A stretch of 64,000 nt of DNA from Balamuthia mandrillaris. Taxonomy: Eukaryota. The stretch's first letter is position 1; each line of letters opens with the position of its first letter. The DNA lies in contig JAVKOQ020000053.1 of NCBI GenBank assembly GCA_031835245.2, positions 62,001 to 126,000 of the forward strand, given 5' to 3'. The position numbers and the translations under genes were made by a program. Positions 42,630 through 57,368 of this stretch are shown here, in pieces. The notes beneath the pieces were generated by a model, which was not told where the DNA came from, did no database searches, and worked only from the letters and a program-made list of their open reading frames with translations.

Positions 42630-44159
42630 ATGCGCAAGTTTATTTACGTAGCAGCAGCTCTTCTTTCCATTTATTGCGTTTTAGTGCGGGTTCCCCCAGC
42701 CGCACCTCTCTACACAGACCACTTCTGTGAAAGCAGGGAGTGGTTCTTGCCGCTGCACTGTAGCTGGTCCCCTATGATAGCGGAGGGGGCCAAAAACCTC
42801 GTCCTATCGTGCAACGACGGTACGGTGGTACGCGTGGGCTTTGCACTGCCCTGCACGAATGTTACTGTTGTGGTGGAAAATATGTCGGAAATAATAGGGT
42901 GGCTGGCAGACCATTTGCTGGCACCATCGCCAATCAGCCCCGACCACCACCACCAAATTTTTTTAGCTGCCATCAGCGCTCTCTCCAAGGAGGACTCTGT
43001 GAGGAACGTGAAAGATTGGCCACCCGTCTCCGCTCTTGAAAGGGAATGGGAGAACCTGGTCCATGGCCAACAGACCCACTCTCTCGTTTTTGGGCTGAAC
43101 TCGCCTAAGCACTCCTTCACCTTTTGCATCCAACCCGAATGGTTCGACGTGCCTCTCCCGTCCCACTGGACCGCCTACACCAAAGTGGAGGAAGAAGGGG
43201 AAACGGGGAAAGGGAAGGGAGAGTTGGCCTCCAAAAAGGCTGTTCCCTTGCAGTTGCCCTTCGTTTTCGCCGTGGAGCACCAGGTTCGCTACGACGGATC
43301 AGTGGAGGACCTGGCGGGCCTACTGAATGAAGAGGACTTGTTGGTCTTTCTTTACGGCTTCTTCAACGACCAGCATCGCATGATGCGCGCCCAGGGGAGC
43401 TTCCATGTGGACTGTCATCCAGGCAACATTCTTTTTCGCCGTACCTCAGGCGGCCTGCTGGAGTTTGCCTTCTCCGACTTCGGCAAGAGCGCCTCCTCGG
43501 TCCATGCGGACACCACTGCCCATCTCCCCAAGAACTTTCGTGGGAGCATCGACAAGGTTCTGGACTTTGTTCTGCGCGAAGCCAAGGAGAAGCCCCAAGT
43601 GCAAGCGGTGGTCAAGCAGATCATAGCGGCGGAGAAAAGTCTGCGCAGCCAGGACATAACAGTTAACGAATACTTGGAGGGACTCTTCAAGGCCACAAGG
43701 GAAGGCCTCTCCTCCCAGTACGACCACGAGCAGCTGAACCATTTGTGGGACCGGTTGGGCTGCAGGTTTGCCGTTGAGTCCTTGCGCTCTCGTTTGGAAG
43801 TGGTTGAGCAGGAGCTTGACGCCACCAGAAGGGAGCTTAACGACACCAAGAGGGAGCTTAACGACACCAAGAGGGAGCTTAACGACACCAAGAGGGAGCT
43901 TAACGACACCAAGAGGGAGCTTAACGACACCAGAAGAGAGCTTAACGAAATGGCCAGCAAGGTCGAACTGCTCACGAGGCAGCTGGCAGAGCAAAACAAG
44001 GAGATAACGAAGTTGGTGGCGCAGATACACGAGCTCAAAGAGGAAAGGAGAGGGAAAGACAAGGCAGGAGAAGAGACGGTGAGACAATCACAGCAACCGC
44101 ACGCAGAGGAAGGCAGCTGTCAACCCGGAGGGCTTTGTGGAACCCAAGGACGAAACTGA
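42630..44159 (+). CDS. Orphan protein-kinase-like protein with an N-terminal hydrophobic segment and C-terminal heptad coiled coil; an upstream charged exon near 42233 is possible
   Basis: 509-aa ORF with FHVDCHPGNILF (catalytic-loop-like HxDxxxxN) then FSDFG; hydrophobic N-terminus FIYVAAALLSIYCVLV; ELNDTKR heptads. Confidence 0.6.
   Translation: MRKFIYVAAALLSIYCVLVRVPPAAPLYTDHFCESREWFLPLHCSWSPMIAEGAKNLVLSCNDGTVVRVGFALPCTNVTVVVENMSEIIGWLADHLLAPSPISPDHHHQIFLAAISALSKEDSVRNVKDWPPVSALEREWENLVHGQQTHSLVFGLNSPKHSFTFCIQPEWFDVPLPSHWTAYTKVEEEGETGKGKGELASKKAVPLQLPFVFAVEHQVRYDGSVEDLAGLLNEEDLLVFLYGFFNDQHRMMRAQGSFHVDCHPGNILFRRTSGGLLEFAFSDFGKSASSVHADTTAHLPKNFRGSIDKVLDFVLREAKEKPQVQAVVKQIIAAEKSLRSQDITVNEYLEGLFKATREGLSSQYDHEQLNHLWDRLGCRFAVESLRSRLEVVEQELDATRRELNDTKRELNDTKRELNDTKRELNDTKRELNDTRRELNEMASKVELLTRQLAEQNKEITKLVAQIHELKEERRGKDKAGEETVRQSQQPHAEEGSCQPGGLCGTQGRN
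43812..43948 (+). repeat. 21-bp coding tandem repeat GAGCTTAACGACACCAAGAGG (~6.5 copies; ELNDTKR heptad)
   Basis: Four perfect units at 43833-43916 flanked by degenerate units. Confidence 0.95.
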
Positions 44160-44571
44160 CTGAAGTGGAAAGGGGTCCTCCTCACCAATTTTGTTTTCGA
44201 CTGTCTTTGTTTTTGTTTTAGTTCTTATTTGCCGTGGCAGCAGTGCGCATTGTAAGTAGTGGTTGATAGTCAACTTGCTCGATAGCATTTTTTAAATTCT
44301 TTTTGGAAAATAAGTAGAGGAGGTTGTGAGAGAGGAGAGAGAGGAGAGAGAGAGAGAGAGAGAGAGAAACGTTGATACAAACGTTGTCATGGTTCCCCCG
44401 AAAGGGAAGAAGTTGCCCTATTGCTCTCTATTCCCTCTTCTTTTTTTTCCCAGGTCTCAGGGAGATAGCAATTTTTTCTTCCCTTGCCAGCCACAGAAGT
44501 ATCGCGCTTTCATAAATTTTTAATCCCAGGCCACATGCCCAAGAGGGTGTACGTGGTGGCCCAAAAAAAAA

Positions 44572-44649
44572 AAAGGAGAGGGAAAGACGAGGCAGGTGCT
44601 GAGACGGTGAGACAATCACAGCAACCGCACGCAGAGGAAGGCAGCTGTC
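44572..44649 (+). repeat. 78-bp dispersed direct repeat of 44044..44121 (3' end of the kinase-like ORF)
   Basis: 74/78 identical by manual alignment. Confidence 0.9.
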
Positions 44650-44689
44650 TTTGTTTCGATCAGGAGTAATAGAACAAAAGGGAATCGAA

Positions 44690-46003
44690 CTAGAGCAGTG
44701 GATTCACTTGGTGTACGTCGGTGTTTACGAGCTGGGGTAGCTCCTTGTCGCCACGAAAGTATGCGGCCATGTTCTCCCCAACTAACTGAGACATCTTCGC
44801 TCTCGTCTTCAATGAAGCAGAGCCTGATTGTCAACGAATAGATATCAACGAAGAGCAGAACTACAAAGAATATGAACTGAGGAAAGAACAAAAGGAGTAC
44901 CCAAGTGCGGAATGCAAACAACATTTTCGAGCTGCAAAAGAGGGTCATCCTTATCAATCGGTTCCTGTTCAAACACATCCAATCCAGCCGCTCGGATGAC
45001 TTGATTCATCAACGCATCGGTCAACGCCTTCTGGTCGATGACAGGACCTCTCGCCGTGTTCACGATGACGCAGTTGGGTTTCATCTGACGAAGGGCCTGC
45101 TCGTTGATGAGGTGTTTGGTTTTCTCGGTGAGGTTCACGTGCACAGAGATGAAGTCGCTGACGCGATAGAGCTCCTCCAACTCCACGAAGCGAACGCCCT
45201 GTTGTTCCTCAAAGTCTTGGCTGCGGTACTCGTCGTTGTAGACAACAGAGGCTCCAAAGGCTTGAGCCACTACCGCCACTTTCTTTCCGATTCTTCCCAG
45301 CCCTATTATTCCCAATGTACTTCCACCTGTTATTCAGATAACGAATTTAGCGCGTACCCAAAGAAAAAGAAGGACATGAATACGAACAAGAAGAGAAACA
45401 AGATCACCAATAAGAAGCGGAGAAACTTACAAAGGTCATCGCCAAGGAGCATGAGAGGATGCCAGCCAACATTCCACTTGTGGGAGCGGATGTAGCGGTC
45501 TCCCTCCGCAATGCGCCTTGCCGCCGCGAACAACAGCGCAAAAGTCGTCTCCACCACTGTGTCCTTTTGTTTTTGTTTTGATAAGAGGATAGATGTAAGC
45601 AGAAAATTAAGGGAGAACGAAGAGAAGAAGAAATAGAGAAAAACTCTCATACAGTGAGAACGCCGGGAGTGTTGGTGATGTAGATGCCTCTCTTGGTGGC
45701 AGCCTCGAGGTCGACGTTGTTAAAGCCAACGGCGTATTGGCAGACCACTTTGAGACGAGGGGCGGCGTCAAAGAGCTCGGCGTCGATCTTGTCAGTAAGA
45801 AGCGAAATGAGGCCGTCGCAGTCCTTCACTTTCTCCAAGAGGACCGCCCTAGGCGGTGCGTCCTCCCCTTCCCACACTTCCAAGTCCACCAGGTCTTTGA
45901 TCAGATCAAAAGCGTCTTGAGGGAGTTGGCGAGTGCAAAAAACCTTGGGAACCTTTTGTTTGTCGAGGGACGAGCGCTTGCGGGACTCTAGGACGTGTTC
46001 CAT
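44690..46003 (-). CDS. D-isomer-specific 2-hydroxyacid dehydrogenase (glyoxylate/hydroxypyruvate reductase), multi-exon
   Basis: YAVGFNNVDLEAATKRGIYITNTPGVLT, GIIGLGRIG, VNTARGPVIDQ, AGLDVFEQEP, PHLG|SASLKTRAKM. TAG at 44690-44692. Confidence 0.93.
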
Positions 46004-46314
46004 TCTTTTTTCAGGGTTTTACAAGTGGTCCTAAAAACTCGTACAGTTTCACCACTTTTTAGTGTTTTGTTCTTGTTTTGGTTACCTTTCTTCTCGTTGA
46101 GTTTTTAAGGTGGAAACTTGGAATTGGAACTGGCAGAAATTTAAAGGAAACGACGCGTAGTCCTTTAAAAGGGAAATTCTTCAGGCGCTCGAATCCCATT
46201 GGTTGGTTTTTGATTCATTTTCACCGTTTTATTTCAATTTTATTTTTCAAGTGGCAATGGGTGTGTTGCTGTACAGGATATCAAATGAGAGAGAGAGAGA
46301 GAGAGAGAAAAGTA

Positions 46315-49240
46315 TTATCTGCCTTTCTTGGTCTCGTGGTTTTGGATCTTGTCCAGAATCTCCTTGGTGAGGTTGCTGGCCCGTCGCTTGAGCTCCTCCA
46401 CTTTGGGGGTGAGGTGCTGCAGGCCTGGCGTCTCGTCGATGGTCTGCTCCACGATGGACTTTATGGCACTCGACACGCCTGAGGTCTGTCTCACTGTTGT
46501 GCCATACAATTTCTTCATATGCGGCCTGTTGTGTTAGCAGTTCGTTAGATAGGGCAACTATGACAAAGAGAGCAACCGAAACGAAAGAGAAAGGAACATA
46601 CCTTTCGACTTTTGCAATGAACAGCCAGTTGCAACAATGACAGAAGAGGGCCATGGCAAAGACAACGCCGCTATTAGCCATCAACGTCATGCCATAATAG
46701 CCAGCAAAGCCCGTTATGACCTCCGGGTTGTTCAGGAAACGATATATCCCGGTGTAATAGAGCTTTGAGGGCACTTCATCGATGAAAAAGTCGGCGTAGA
46801 ACCAGCCGTACTCTCCCAACACTTCAAACGTTGACACGGAGCTCCATACGTTAATTGCTATCAGAATCTTTTCATTTTTTCGATAAAACATTCCGTGTAA
46901 GACATCACGAATAAAGAGTTTGGAGATAAAATAGAAGCAGTAAGGAAGGTGAAGCGTACAATGCCGATAGTTTGTCGTAGCCAAAAGTACTCAGCGCCGT
47001 AGATGAAGGACTCTGGAAACTCGGCAAACTTCCATGCCAAGCAAAAGAAACTCACCCATGTCATCGTTAGAGAAAGGTTATAAATCCTGATGAAAAGGAT
47101 AAATTGAGATTAGCAATTGAAACAGAGATAGATAGCGAGAGAGAGAGAGAGAGAGAGAGAGAGCAAGAGAGAGGGCGGAACCGTTTCCAATTCTCAAAGG
47201 CTTCTTGCTTGGTGAATCCATGAGCAAAAAAGGTGGCAATCCATTCCTTATTCTTGCTTTGTCTATAAAGGATGTATCCCAATCCAAAGCTGTGAATGAG
47301 ACGCCAGACTATCACTTGGCTTTTACATATTTAAGTTTAGGGTAGGTAAAAAATTAGGAGGGAGAAGGAAAGAAAGCATACCAAATGAAAAACATATAGT
47401 GGATGTTGAAGAACAAAAGGATAAAGCTGTACAGAATGATCACTCCCATGAAAATGTCGGACGAGCGCAGTGGGTCAAAGTTTTTGAACACGATGAGATC
47501 TTTGCGGAAGTAACCAGTCTTTGTGTCATAAAGGATGCTAAGAGATACAACAATATTAGATACGCACAAGGAAACAAGCAAACAAAGTGTACGTTTTGGT
47601 TTTAGGATCAGGATCAGTGACCATATCGGCATAAATCTTCTTCATGTGAGGCGTTTCCACCAATTGAAGAAACAGCAGTTGAAGAAGATGAGCAAAGAGG
47701 CTGACATAAAGCACCGTGAAGGATCGCGTCACCAAGCTCATTCCATAGAAAAAGCTGTAGCCTATGGTGTACATAGGATGTGGTGCCATTGAGAACACTC
47801 GATCAAAGGTCAATTGCTTTTGGACAAGGAAAAAGAAGTCGCCCCAATCTATATTCCATAATAATATGTTTAAGTCCAAACAAAATGACACAGTAGTTAG
47901 GCAGAAGAGATACATACACCAGGCATAATCCGAAACGACGCGATAAGCATCTACTTTTGCCCACAGACTAAATGCAATCAACAATGCACCCACCTTTTGA
48001 ATAAGACATTAGACCGTGAATTAGTAGAAAGAGTGAAGAGAAGAAGAAGAAGAAGAAGAAGAAGAAGATGATGATGATGATGATGATGATGAAGAAGAAC
48101 GAGAAGGAAAATAACAACAACAAGAACAAAAAACAAGTTGTCAAAACGCAAATCGTACAGTGAAGCAGAGAGCAGTCAGTAAATCAAGTTCTGGATATTT
48201 GAAACACTTGATACAAAAGCCAATGTAAGCAGCAAGATCCATAGCTAACACAAAGTCGCCAATCAGCCGAAACGCTAGCCACGAGTTGTACGCTGGTGGA
48301 CATTTCTTTGTTGTTATGTTTTGGTTTTTTTGTTTGTTGGTTGGTTACATTTGCTGTTTCTAGCGAGATAATAACGCTATTTACCTTGAAGTCGTAGTCT
48401 GGACCCATGTTCAGACCTATCAGCTTTTTGATAACACCATAGAATGTGGCCTCTGGATGCGTTACCCGTTTGAACCATTCGATCATTGCATTGGATTGGC
48501 TCTGTTTGTGCAGCAGAAGGCCCAAACCCACATCGTATGCAAACCTCCACACCAAAAAGTAACAGAGCCAAAACTTTTTTGGGCGATACAAAACACAGAT
48601 GTTGGAAAACTAACACATGCAAATAAACGAGAGGAGAGAAGAAGAAGAAGAAAGGAACCAAAAGAAAACAAGCAGCGAACATGAAGAAGGAAGAGGGCCA
48701 ACTTACATATTTAGACAGAGGGAGAAAGAGCAGAATAATATTCAAGACAGGCGCCCACTTGAGAGCATCGGCCAAGGTCCATTTGCTCAACGGAGGGGGT
48801 TTATGGAGTGGCGTGGCCGTATGTGGTACCAAAAACTCTGAACGACAGTGGACGCAAACAGTTTTGTTGGCATTAGCACGAAGCGAAAGTTCGGATCTTA
48901 AACCAAAAAACAAAAGCAAACAAAGACAAGGTTGAAGCGTACTTTCGTTGGTATCAATGGTGATGCCCACCAACGGCTCTTGGTCCTCTGCCTCTTCCTC
49001 TGTCGTTCGTTTCTCCTTTTCTTTGGCCGTTTCTTCGTTTCTGCCGTCTGCTACATTTTGTGTAGCAGCGTCTCTTGGCTCGTCAGCTCCAGGATGGTGA
49101 GCGTCTCCTGCGGTGGCGTTGTGAGCACCCTGCTCCTCCTCCTCTTGCACATGGTCCACACGTCGCCCAACCGGAGAGCTACGCGTCCTCACAGGCAGGG
49201 GAATAGCCGAGTTGGAGCCCTCCTCTTCCAGCTTCGCCAT
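46315..49240 (-). CDS. CHO2: Phosphatidylethanolamine N-methyltransferase, fungal Cho2/PEM1 type with duplicated PEMT domains, multi-exon
   Basis: WRFAYDVGLGLLLHKQS, WAKVDAYRVVSDYAW|YWGDFFF, VFSMAPHPMYTIGY, LGEYGWFYADFFI, LYYTGIYRFLNNPE, VE|PHMKKLYG. Confidence 0.88.
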
Positions 49241-49713
49241 GGCGAACTTGTTTTCTTTAAAAATGTTTTTGGTTTTTTCTTTTTCTGTCGTTGGTTTTTT
49301 TTTTTTAAGGAAAGGAAACCAAGATAGGGGGTTGGACGTCTGCACACCTCTCTATGCTTTGACCGACCACGCAAGCAAGTCAACAATGTCCCCCGTTTGG
49401 GCCTTCTCCGAAGGAAAGGAAAGGAAAAAAAAAAAACGCCGGATGTCTACCGTTTCCCTTGCCCTTGTTAACTTGTCGTTGTTTTTCCTGCTGCTTTTTT
49501 TTTTTCCTTCCCGCGGTGAAGGGATGGCCTGCTCCTGTTGGTTAATCGCTTTTTTTGCCCTTTTTTCGAGGAGATTTCGGCGCCCGGCTCATTTGCTTGC
49601 GTGGCATTGGTTAACGAAAGGACCCTCATGCAAATCGCACTTCCATGACGACATTAAGAGTAGAGCTGCGTCGTCACGAGAGGCCAGAAAAAGAAAAGAA
49701 AGGGGGGCAGGCG

Positions 49714-51481
49714 ATGGAAAGAAGCGAACAAGGGCTTACGACAACAGGGGGTGGTGGGGTGGTGTCCTACACTTTTGGCCTTGGCGAAACGGTCTTTGCG
49801 AAACAAGGAGAGTTCGTGTACGAAGCCACGGTCCTTCAGAGAAAAGAGCATGAAGAGGGCATGCCTCACTACTACCTCCACTACCACGGTTGGGAGGACA
49901 AGTACTTTACCCTCCTCTTCCGCCCATTTCCAAAATGCTAATCGTTTATGTGTGGTACAAGGTGGAATGAATGGGTACCAGAGACAAGGCTGTTGAAACA
50001 GAACGCAGAGAACGAGGCCCTTCGCATGCGGCTGCGGCAGCAGAACCTGCAACGCAGCACCTCCGCCTCCTCCCTCACCATGCCCCAAATACTAGACCAG
50101 CAGCTCTACTTGGAGGAGGAGGCCTCCGAGAAGCTGAGCGAGGGGTGGGGCGAGGAGGACGTTTGCACCTATCCTGAAGGTTATGTCATGCAACCGGTCT
50201 TTGCCTGCAAAGAATGCTCGCAAAGAGCTGGCAAACCTGTTCGTACCCGTACCTTTTCTTCTCTCTTGTACTCTCGTCCTCTTGTTCTCTGCTCCTCTTC
50301 TCTGCCTTCGCCTCACCAACAGAAATGCAAAAAAAAAAAAAACAAGTTTGGCTTTTGTTTTGGATGCAGCTTGAAATGCCACGTGGAGCACACCGTCTAC
50401 GAACTGTTTGACAAACGGCATTTTCGTTGCGACTGTGGCACGCCACGCTCCGGCTGTTCCTGCACACTCTCGAAAGCAACAGGAGAAAGGAAGGAAGAGG
50501 AGGACAATCACGAGAACATGTACAATCACAACTTTGACGGGCTGTATTGTTGGTGCGATCAACCTTATGACCATAACAGCGATGCTGTGATGCTTCAGTG
50601 CGTGCGATGCATGGATTGGTTCCATCCAGAGTGCATCGAGCGAAAGAACGGTGGAAGTGCGATGCCTTCTTTAAACTCGTTCTCTGACTTTATCTGTGCG
50701 GATTGTACTGAGGAATGCCCATTCCTTGCTTTGTACGCTACGTTGAGGGTTCGCGATGAAGAAGGGAATGAGAAGAATGAAAATGGAGAAAAAGTAAAGA
50801 GGGAAGAGGAAGAAGCAGCGGAGAAGACAGAAGAAAAGGAGAAGGAGAAACGAGCAGGCGAAAAGAGAAAACGAGAGCTAGAGGGTGAAAGTCAAATAGG
50901 CGAGCAATCAGAATCCCAAGAGAAGAAAGCAAAGACGTCTGTAGAGCATACCTCCCAAGACCAAACTACAGATTGCAAGTGGTCGCCAGAAGGTACCACC
51001 TCTTTGTTCTTCATTCGTACTTCCTTTTCTTCCTTCTAAAATCAAAACAACAGAAAAAGAGAAAATAGGGACTGGAGAAGTGTTGCGCAAGAACACGTTC
51101 TGGCGATCAGGTTGGCGAAAGTCCTTATGTCGTTGCCATCAATGCCAAGAGATGCTGCGCCGCTGTCGCGCTGACTTTCTTCTCACAGAAGATGAATCCT
51201 CTCGCGAGGAACCAGAAGAAGAGCAAGAAGAGCAAGAAGAGCAAGAAGGAACAACCACAACAACAACAAGCGAACGCATCTCCCTGCTTCGTTCTTCGCA
51301 GGAAGCATTTGCTCGAACGTTGAATCCGACGCAACAACTCAACTTGTTGGCGGGGTATCAGGCGATGGTGAGCGGTCTGAAGGACTTTCTTCGTCCGTTT
51401 GCTGAAAGGGGCGAAGAAGTTACACAGAGAGACATTGAGACCTTCTTCGCACGTTTGAAGGAAACACAGCAGCAACATTAA
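49714..51481 (+). CDS. UBR7: UBR7-like E3 ligase (UBR box + PHD) fused to an N-terminal MRG15/Eaf3-type chromo barrel, multi-exon
   Basis: YEATVL..YYLHYHGWEDK|WNEWVPETRLLK (chromo barrel); CTYPEGYVMQPVFACKEC..CFGCSLKCH..YELFDKRHFRCDCG (UBR box); YNHNFDGLYCWCDQPY..MLQCVRCMDWFHPEC..FICADC (PHD); C-terminal LKDFLRPF..EVTQRDIETFF. Confidence 0.9.
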
Positions 51482-51529
51482 AAGCTACCGATAGCATCAA
51501 GAAAATCTCTCTTCCCTTATAAATATTTT

Positions 51530-52696
51530 TTAGAACTTGATGCCACCATCAAACGATCTGTCTTTGCTGCTGCTACTCCCGCTCTTGTGTCGATGGCTGC
51601 TCCGCTTCTTGTGCTCGCGACGGTGTTTCTTCTCTTCTCCTTCCCCGCCGTCAGGGGAAGGAGTTCTGTCTCCTCTTCTCCGACTGCTGTGTTTATGCCT
51701 CCGATGTCTTCGCTCCTCTTCGCCACGGCTGCTTTCTCTTCTCTTTCTTCTCTCGCTCTTCTCTGTTTGTTCTCCATTGGTGTCTCCTCCGATATCGTCA
51801 TAAGCTGCAGATGGCGCAGCTTTAGCATGCTCATCTTCATCTCCATCGTCGATGTCCTCAAAGTGAGTCATGATGAGCGGTCTCTGTGTCTTCTTTTTCT
51901 TCTCTACATGTTGTTGATGTGATTCGTTGGTCGAGTTTGTCATTGTTGTTATAGGTGGTGACTTCTTGGTTGTTTCGAATGTGAGAGGAGCCTTTGCTCT
52001 CACTTTCGATTCTTGCTCTTCATCGCTTGGCAGATCTTCATCAGCCATCAACATCATTCTTCGTCCGCGCGGCTGCTCTTCTTCTTCTTCGTCATCATCT
52101 TCCTTCTTTATATGGCCCCAACCTTCATCTTCTTTGTTGGTTTCATCTTCATCTTCATCATCCCACTCGATAATTTTGTTGTTAGGAAGAGGTTCAGGAG
52201 AACGAGGAGATGGACTCTTTCCTCCCTTCTTCCCTCTTTGTTTACTTTCGTTGTTTTCTTCTTCTTCGCCACTACTACTCTTTGACTCTTTCTTTATAGA
52301 ACGAGAATTCGATGAAGAAGGAGAAGGCGAATGAGAAGGGCGAGGCAACGCTTCCAATGATGCGACTTCCACAACCTCGTTTTCTATTTCATCAAAGTCT
52401 ACATCCTCATCAGCAGCAATCCTAACCACTCTCTTTGCAAAAGCTGGCTCATCATCTTCCTCATCTTCTTCGTCTCTTTGTCTTGATGATTGGTTTCGGG
52501 TTTTGTTATCCTCGTCCGAGTCATCGTCTCCTCCCCAAAAGTCTTCGTCGTCTCCACCGAGTTGAGGTACAAAGTCGTCTATGCCAACAGAAGACTTCTT
52601 CCCTGCTTTTGCTTGTTGAGCTAACCTTCTCAAATCCCCTTCCACTGTTTTTTGTTCCAACATGAGAAAGAAAAAGCAAAACCGAGGAGAGAGAGC

Positions 52697-52743
<47 letters not shown>

Positions 52744-54287
52744 GAAGATAGAAAAAACAAAGAAGGTTGTAGAGTACCATCTCTGGGTTCATCTTGTTTC
52801 TTTGTGGCTGACTTTTCTGACTTGCCACCGCCAAAGAATTTGGAGGTCCAAGACTTGATTCCTTCGTCTCGTTGCTCTGTTTTTTGCACTTCTGCTTTAT
52901 TGGTGTTCTGCGTTCTGCCTTCTTCAGATCGGGGTGAAGATGAACGGCGAGCAGCTGGACGGTCGCCAGAAGGAGGTTGTTGTTGTGAAGGAGGAGGAGA
53001 TGATGTCGATTGTGTGGCGTGGTCCTCTTGTGCGGTTGAGGGGGATAAAGAACTGCTATCTTTGGTGAGAAAAGAGAGCAATGAGGCACCAATCGCTCTT
53101 GCTCCTTCTTGAGAAGATGACGATGATGGAGCAGGAGAAGCAGCAGATAGTGAAGCAGCAGAAGAGGAGGAAGGATTGCGTAGCGGAGGACCAGCTGGTA
53201 GCATATTCACCGATTGAGCATTTTTGTTCTTTTTGTTCTCTTCTAACCATTTCAAATAACTTAAACGTGAAACTATTAAGAACAATTGGATATGAAAGAA
53301 AAGGGGGGTTAATAAAAGGGTTGACGTACAAGTCGTAGTCCTGTTCCTGGGTAACAAACTCAAGTTCTTGGTCTGCTGCATTCAAGTCGGCTTCATTCTC
53401 TTTCAATTGTTGCATGATATAATTTCTCTGTTATCCACTGTATTAGCTATGTGCCTCTCTTGCTCTCAAGAACAGGGAGAACAACAGAACAAGAACAAAG
53501 ACAGATAAAAAACCTTCATCTTCAAAAAAGGCAGATTAAAGAAGCACCGCACAGATTTCATGCCATAACAATTACGCATGGAGCACTCGATAGCACGCAC
53601 AAACTTGCCTTGTCGTTGCACAAACTCTGCTATTTCGTACTCTGACAACACTCTCTGACTCTGTGGTTGATCTCTGTAGTTTACCTGATGGAGAAATGTG
53701 CCATCAGGAAAGGAAAGGGAGAGAGAGAGAGAGAGAGAGAGAGAGTAGCATGGAATGATAAGCAAAACAGAAGACAAAAACCAGAAACGAACCAAAATCA
53801 AGACAAAGACACCAGGAGGAACGTTGGGCAGCTCACGTTCGATGTACTCAAAGGTCCACTTTTTACGTGGATCCATCGTGAAGATGACGGCATGAGCACC
53901 TTTGTAGACGTCTACTGTCGCCGCATCCAAACGTCTAACTGGGAATGCTCCTTGTGGACCGCCTTTCCTTCCTCCGCTTCCTGCCGCTTCGGCAGAAGCT
54001 GCGGGTACGGTTTGTCTGCGAGCTCTCTCTACTCTTTCCTCCTCTTCTTCCTCCTCTTCCTCCGAGGAGAGACCGTCGTCAAGTCTTATCTTCAAACCGT
54101 CTGCAGACTTGTTCACTTTTCGTGGTGCTATTTTTTTAAAACGTTCGACAGATGTTAGGAGAGAAGCAAAAGAGAGGAGAAGAGCAAGAGGAACTCACCT
54201 TTGTCAACAACGTCCCACACTTCACACTTTATTCTATCGCTTGTGGCTGAAAGGAGAAAACACTCGTGAATGGAGGAATAGAAAAAG

Positions 54288-54327
<40 letters not shown>

Positions 54328-54723
54328 TTTTAAAAAAAACAGAGAAAAAGCAGCAGAGAGGAGACGAGAAGCAGAAGACAGAAAGAGAGATGGTAAATGG
54401 TACATTTATAATCCCAAGGAATGGTGGCTATTTGTATCTGCTCAGTGCTGACGTAGTCCTCGATGAAGGCTTTGCGTTGTAAACGTTCAAAGAGGCACGT
54501 CTTTCCTGTATTCTTGTCTCCTTTTATCACTATCTTCACTATTAAAAAAAAACAAAGTGAGAACAACAATATAAAAAAAAGATGCAGACCGATAAAACAA
54601 AGAAATGGCTTTACTGTTATAATTGGCTCCCCGTCCAAGCTTCATTTTCATTTCTTGGTCCATCTCTCTGATTTTTCTGTCCTTCATCTCCTCTTCGGAG
54701 AGCTTGGTCAGTTCTTGTCCCAT
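51530..54723 (-). CDS. RABL6: Rab-like protein 6 (RABL6/PARF) GTPase with a long low-complexity tail, multi-exon
   Basis: GANYN|.KIVIKGDKNTGKTCLFERLQ..FIEDYVSTEQIQIATIPWDY, VWDVVDK, LDAATVDVYKGAHAVI, ECSMRNCYGM..FFNLPFLKM. Confidence 0.88.
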
Positions 54724-55114
54724 TTTGAGGTCAGCTTCTTTTAAAAACAACAAAGATAGAAAAAAAAAAAACACAGCTCGTCGTCAAACTTGTTCGATCC
54801 GAAAATCAACAAACTCTGCTATCGCTAGTGTGCGTGCCCCCTCTCCTTTCTTCCTTTGCTATTTATTTTTGGGTTTGTTTGATTCTCATTGGTCAACCAG
54901 AGGACAAAAAAATGACATCACCATGGAATTCAAAACATCTGAAAAATGTTACAAATAAAAGTAGACAACTTTTCGTCCTCGGCCCCTCATGCTACAATTT
55001 TTCCCACTTTCTGCGGTGCGGTGCGGGTCTTACAGACAGACGCAACAAAGCAAGCAAGACCAGGCTGCTTGCCACACACTTGGTAGCACGAACAACCAGA
55101 TCGAGTAGTACTAG

Positions 55115-57363
<2,249 letters not shown>

Positions 57364-57368
<5 letters not shown>

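Noticed and set aside
43812..43948. 21-bp repeats as a CRISPR array
   Set aside because: Head-to-tail with no spacers, in-frame heptads, eukaryotic context, no cas genes.
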